Assembly: GCF_003072485.1 (NCBI RefSeq)
Contig: NZ_CP025989.1
Span: 270,001 to 302,000 of the forward strand
Length of the DNA: 32,000 nt
Origin: Candidatus Fokinia solitaria
GTDB lineage: Bacteria > Pseudomonadota > Alphaproteobacteria > Rickettsiales > Midichloriaceae
Direction: 5' to 3'
A program made the translations under genes and the position numbers. Of the stretch, positions 29,926-32,000 are shown in pieces. How positions within the stretch are numbered: position 1 is the stretch's first letter; every line of letters starts with the position of its first letter. A model generated the notes under the pieces. It had not been told where the DNA came from. It searched no databases and saw only the letters and a program-made list of their open reading frames with translations.

Positions 29926-31224
29926 ATGTATAATATAGAATATGTTAAAAATTCTCCTGTAGAATTTGATAATGCAATGCGAAAGAGGAAGATGCCACCT
30001 CTTGCTGCAGAGATAATACGTATGTTCGATGAGTGGAAAAGAAAGAAAAACACTTTGCAAGATCTTAATACACAAAAGAATGAAATAGCCTCTCAGATTG
30101 CCATTATTAAGAGAACTAGTGCAGATTATAAGAAAGAGGAAATGCTTACAAAAAGTGCTGAAAGTATTAGAGCTTTGATAGTAGAAGCTTCGGCAGCAGT
30201 AACGGAAGAAGAGAGTAAATTTAAGGCGTTTCTTTCAAAGATTCCTAACATATTAGATAGTAGAGTGCCGGAGGGAAACGGAGAGGATGATAATGTTGTG
30301 ATTAGGGAAGTAGGAGAGAAAAGGCATTTTTCTTTTAAGCCTATTCAGCATTTTGAGATAGGTGAAAATCTACATAGTATGAATTTTGAAAAAGCTGCAG
30401 AGATTTCAGGCTCTAGATTTGTTCATCTTTATGGTGATTTAGCTGTTCTTGAGAGAGCATTGGCTAATTTTATGTTAGATCATCATAGAAAAAATAGCTT
30501 TTTAGAAATATCAGTACCAGTGCTTGTGAAAGAAGAGGCTATGTTTAATGCGGGCCAGCTGCCGAAATTTGATAATGAGTCTTTTAAATGTGATTCTTCG
30601 TATAGGCTGATACCTACAGCTGAAGTACCGTTGGTAAATTTACTATCGAATTGCAATGTAGATATAACATCTTTGCCGAAACGCTTTATGAGTCATACTC
30701 AATGCTTTCGTTCAGAAGCAGGCAGTGCAGGAAAAGATACTAGAGGTATGATTAGAGTGCATCAGTTTTCGAAGGTAGAATTAGTTACCGTAACTACTGA
30801 AGATACGAGTGAATTTGAACATCAATATATGCTTAATAGCATAGAGACGTTGATGCAATCTTTAGGCTTTCACTATAGAGTAGTTTTGTTATGTAGTGGC
30901 GATATAGGCTTCACTTCAGCGCTGACATACGATATAGAAGTATGGCTTCCAGGGCAGCAAAAGTATAGAGAGATATCAAGCTGTTCTAATTGCATGGATT
31001 TTCAAGCAAGAAGGATGCTTGGAAGATACTTCGTCAAAGACAATAATCAGAAGAAAGTTTACACATTCTTGCATACTTTAAATGGTTCTGGTGTAGCTGT
31101 AGGGAGGGCTTTGGTAGCTGTACTTGAGAATTATCAAAATGAAGATGGCACAGTAGATGTACCGGAAGTGCTTATACCTTATTGCAATGGACTGAAAAAG
31201 ATTGTTCCAAATAAAATTTTCTAA
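29926..31224 (+). CDS. serS: Serine--tRNA ligase
   Basis: An N-terminal coiled-coil arm is followed by the class II motifs RFMSHTQCFRSEAGSAGKDTRGMIRVHQFSKVE and LNGSGVAVGRALVAVLENYQNEDG. Confidence 0.96.
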   Translation: MYNIEYVKNSPVEFDNAMRKRKMPPLAAEIIRMFDEWKRKKNTLQDLNTQKNEIASQIAIIKRTSADYKKEEMLTKSAESIRALIVEASAAVTEEESKFKAFLSKIPNILDSRVPEGNGEDDNVVIREVGEKRHFSFKPIQHFEIGENLHSMNFEKAAEISGSRFVHLYGDLAVLERALANFMLDHHRKNSFLEISVPVLVKEEAMFNAGQLPKFDNESFKCDSSYRLIPTAEVPLVNLLSNCNVDITSLPKRFMSHTQCFRSEAGSAGKDTRGMIRVHQFSKVELVTVTTEDTSEFEHQYMLNSIETLMQSLGFHYRVVLLCSGDIGFTSALTYDIEVWLPGQQKYREISSCSNCMDFQARRMLGRYFVKDNNQKKVYTFLHTLNGSGVAVGRALVAVLENYQNEDGTVDVPEVLIPYCNGLKKIVPNKIF

Positions 31225-31374
31225 AAAAATACTCCCGCATTAGAGATATATGGCATAAATTTTGCATATCGATGCGATGTTGCTGCAAAATGCGAGGATA
31301 TTGTAGTTGTATCTTGCTATTATGCGCGTGATAAATATTGCACTAAATTCATTATGAATTTCTAACTTCTTAGG

Positions 31375-31980
31375 ATGGATAATAGTTGTATAGACTATAG
31401 ATTACCGACTACATTAGTAACTAAAACGACTAAATGCGTCGAGTATATTAATGCTACACATCAGATGTTAAGAAGTGATATCAATGATACAACGTTTGTA
31501 CACTCCAGAATGCGATACATCATAACGCCATTTTTAATAAATCGCGAAAGTGTCGAGCAGTTGTTATCTTTCTTCCGAGTATGTAAAGGTAGTTTATATG
31601 CATTTCGATTTAAAGATATTTCTGACTATAAAGTAGAGAGAGAAGTAATGACATGCTCTGATGAGAAGAGAAAAGAATACTATGCTAAGAAACGGTATCA
31701 CGTCAATCGCACTTATTTTGAATTCAGACATATTAAAAAGATTGTACATGGTACGGTAGATGTGTTTATGAATCACGAGAAAGTAGATCCGAAAATGTAT
31801 GAAGTAAATCACGATAATGGAATGATCTACTTTTATGATTCAGTAATGGATAATGTATCGATTACTTGCTCGTTTGAATTTGATGTCTTAGTAAGATTTG
31901 CACAAGATTCTTTGCATATAGAGATGCATAATCCTACGAAATTTCATTGTGATAATATTGAATTAATTGAAGTAAAATGA
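31375..31980 (+). CDS. DUF2460 / TIGR02217-like protein, homologue of the gene transfer agent (RcGTA) g12 tail-module protein
   Basis: HSRMRYII, LLSFFRVCKGSLYAFRFKDISDY, ITCSFEFDVLVRFAQD and the C-terminal IELIEVK line up, from memory, with conserved blocks of the DUF2460 family (HSRR.YD, FF.AR.G...GFR.KD..D, GFEFDVPVRFD, IPLIE). Confidence 0.78.
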   Translation: MDNSCIDYRLPTTLVTKTTKCVEYINATHQMLRSDINDTTFVHSRMRYIITPFLINRESVEQLLSFFRVCKGSLYAFRFKDISDYKVEREVMTCSDEKRKEYYAKKRYHVNRTYFEFRHIKKIVHGTVDVFMNHEKVDPKMYEVNHDNGMIYFYDSVMDNVSITCSFEFDVLVRFAQDSLHIEMHNPTKFHCDNIELIEVK

Positions 31981-32000
31981 AATATATTGCCAACTTAAAT
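31977..32000 (+). CDS. 5' end of an unidentified ORF overlapping the DUF2460 stop (ATGA), cut by the window edge
   Basis: The ATG at 31977 overlaps the TGA stop at 31978-31980 and reads MKYIANLN. Only 8 codons are visible, so identity cannot be determined. Confidence 0.2.

Overview
The window is visibly AT-rich and gene-dense. It reads like the core chromosome of a reduced-genome alphaproteobacterial intracellular bacterium, Rickettsiales-like. That assignment is inference from protein signatures: an alphaproteobacterial-type L36, a Tim44-like protein, COQ7, a ValS with PPPTVSG..HIGH, scattered nuo genes and a GTA g12-like gene. I can support about 27 protein genes, almost all housekeeping. 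In order they are a fabF-like 3' end, an MFS transporter, pyrG, an MBL-fold hydrolase, a Tim44-like protein, an aminotransferase, COQ7, a PAP2 phosphatase, gpsA, glmU, trpS, murC, rplJ, gyrA, rpmJ, a yhhQ-like transporter, nuoM, valS, sodB, nuoK, a lolC/E-like permease, gyrB, an mrp/apbC-like protein, tsaB, serS and a DUF2460 GTA-like gene. There are also two tRNA(CAU) genes, one elongator-type and one initiator. Genes are tightly packed, with several overlaps of 4-16 nt, and functionally unrelated genes sit in the same co-directional blocks. I see no transposase, integrase, CRISPR array, restriction/defence cassette or toxin-antitoxin pair, and I cannot honestly point to a clear multi-gene novel system. 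Five places stand out from an otherwise ordinary core region. (1) The ~0.9 kb non-coding spacer between gyrA and rpmJ contains a mosaic of 69-nt, 26-nt and 21-nt direct repeats and a local microsatellite-like expansion, and each 69-nt unit carries a short conserved mini-ORF. (2) A ~101-codon ORF upstream of gpsA is split by a -1 frame change exactly at an A9 tract. (3) A GTA tail-module (g12-like) gene at the right edge has a 4-nt-overlapping downstream gene that is cut by the window. (4) The Mrp/ApbC-like ATPase appears to lack the CxxC cluster-bridging motif. (5) rplJ stands alone, uncoupled from rplL and the rplKA/rpoBC context. All calls come from reading the supplied translations and the sequence by eye, and no database search was possible.
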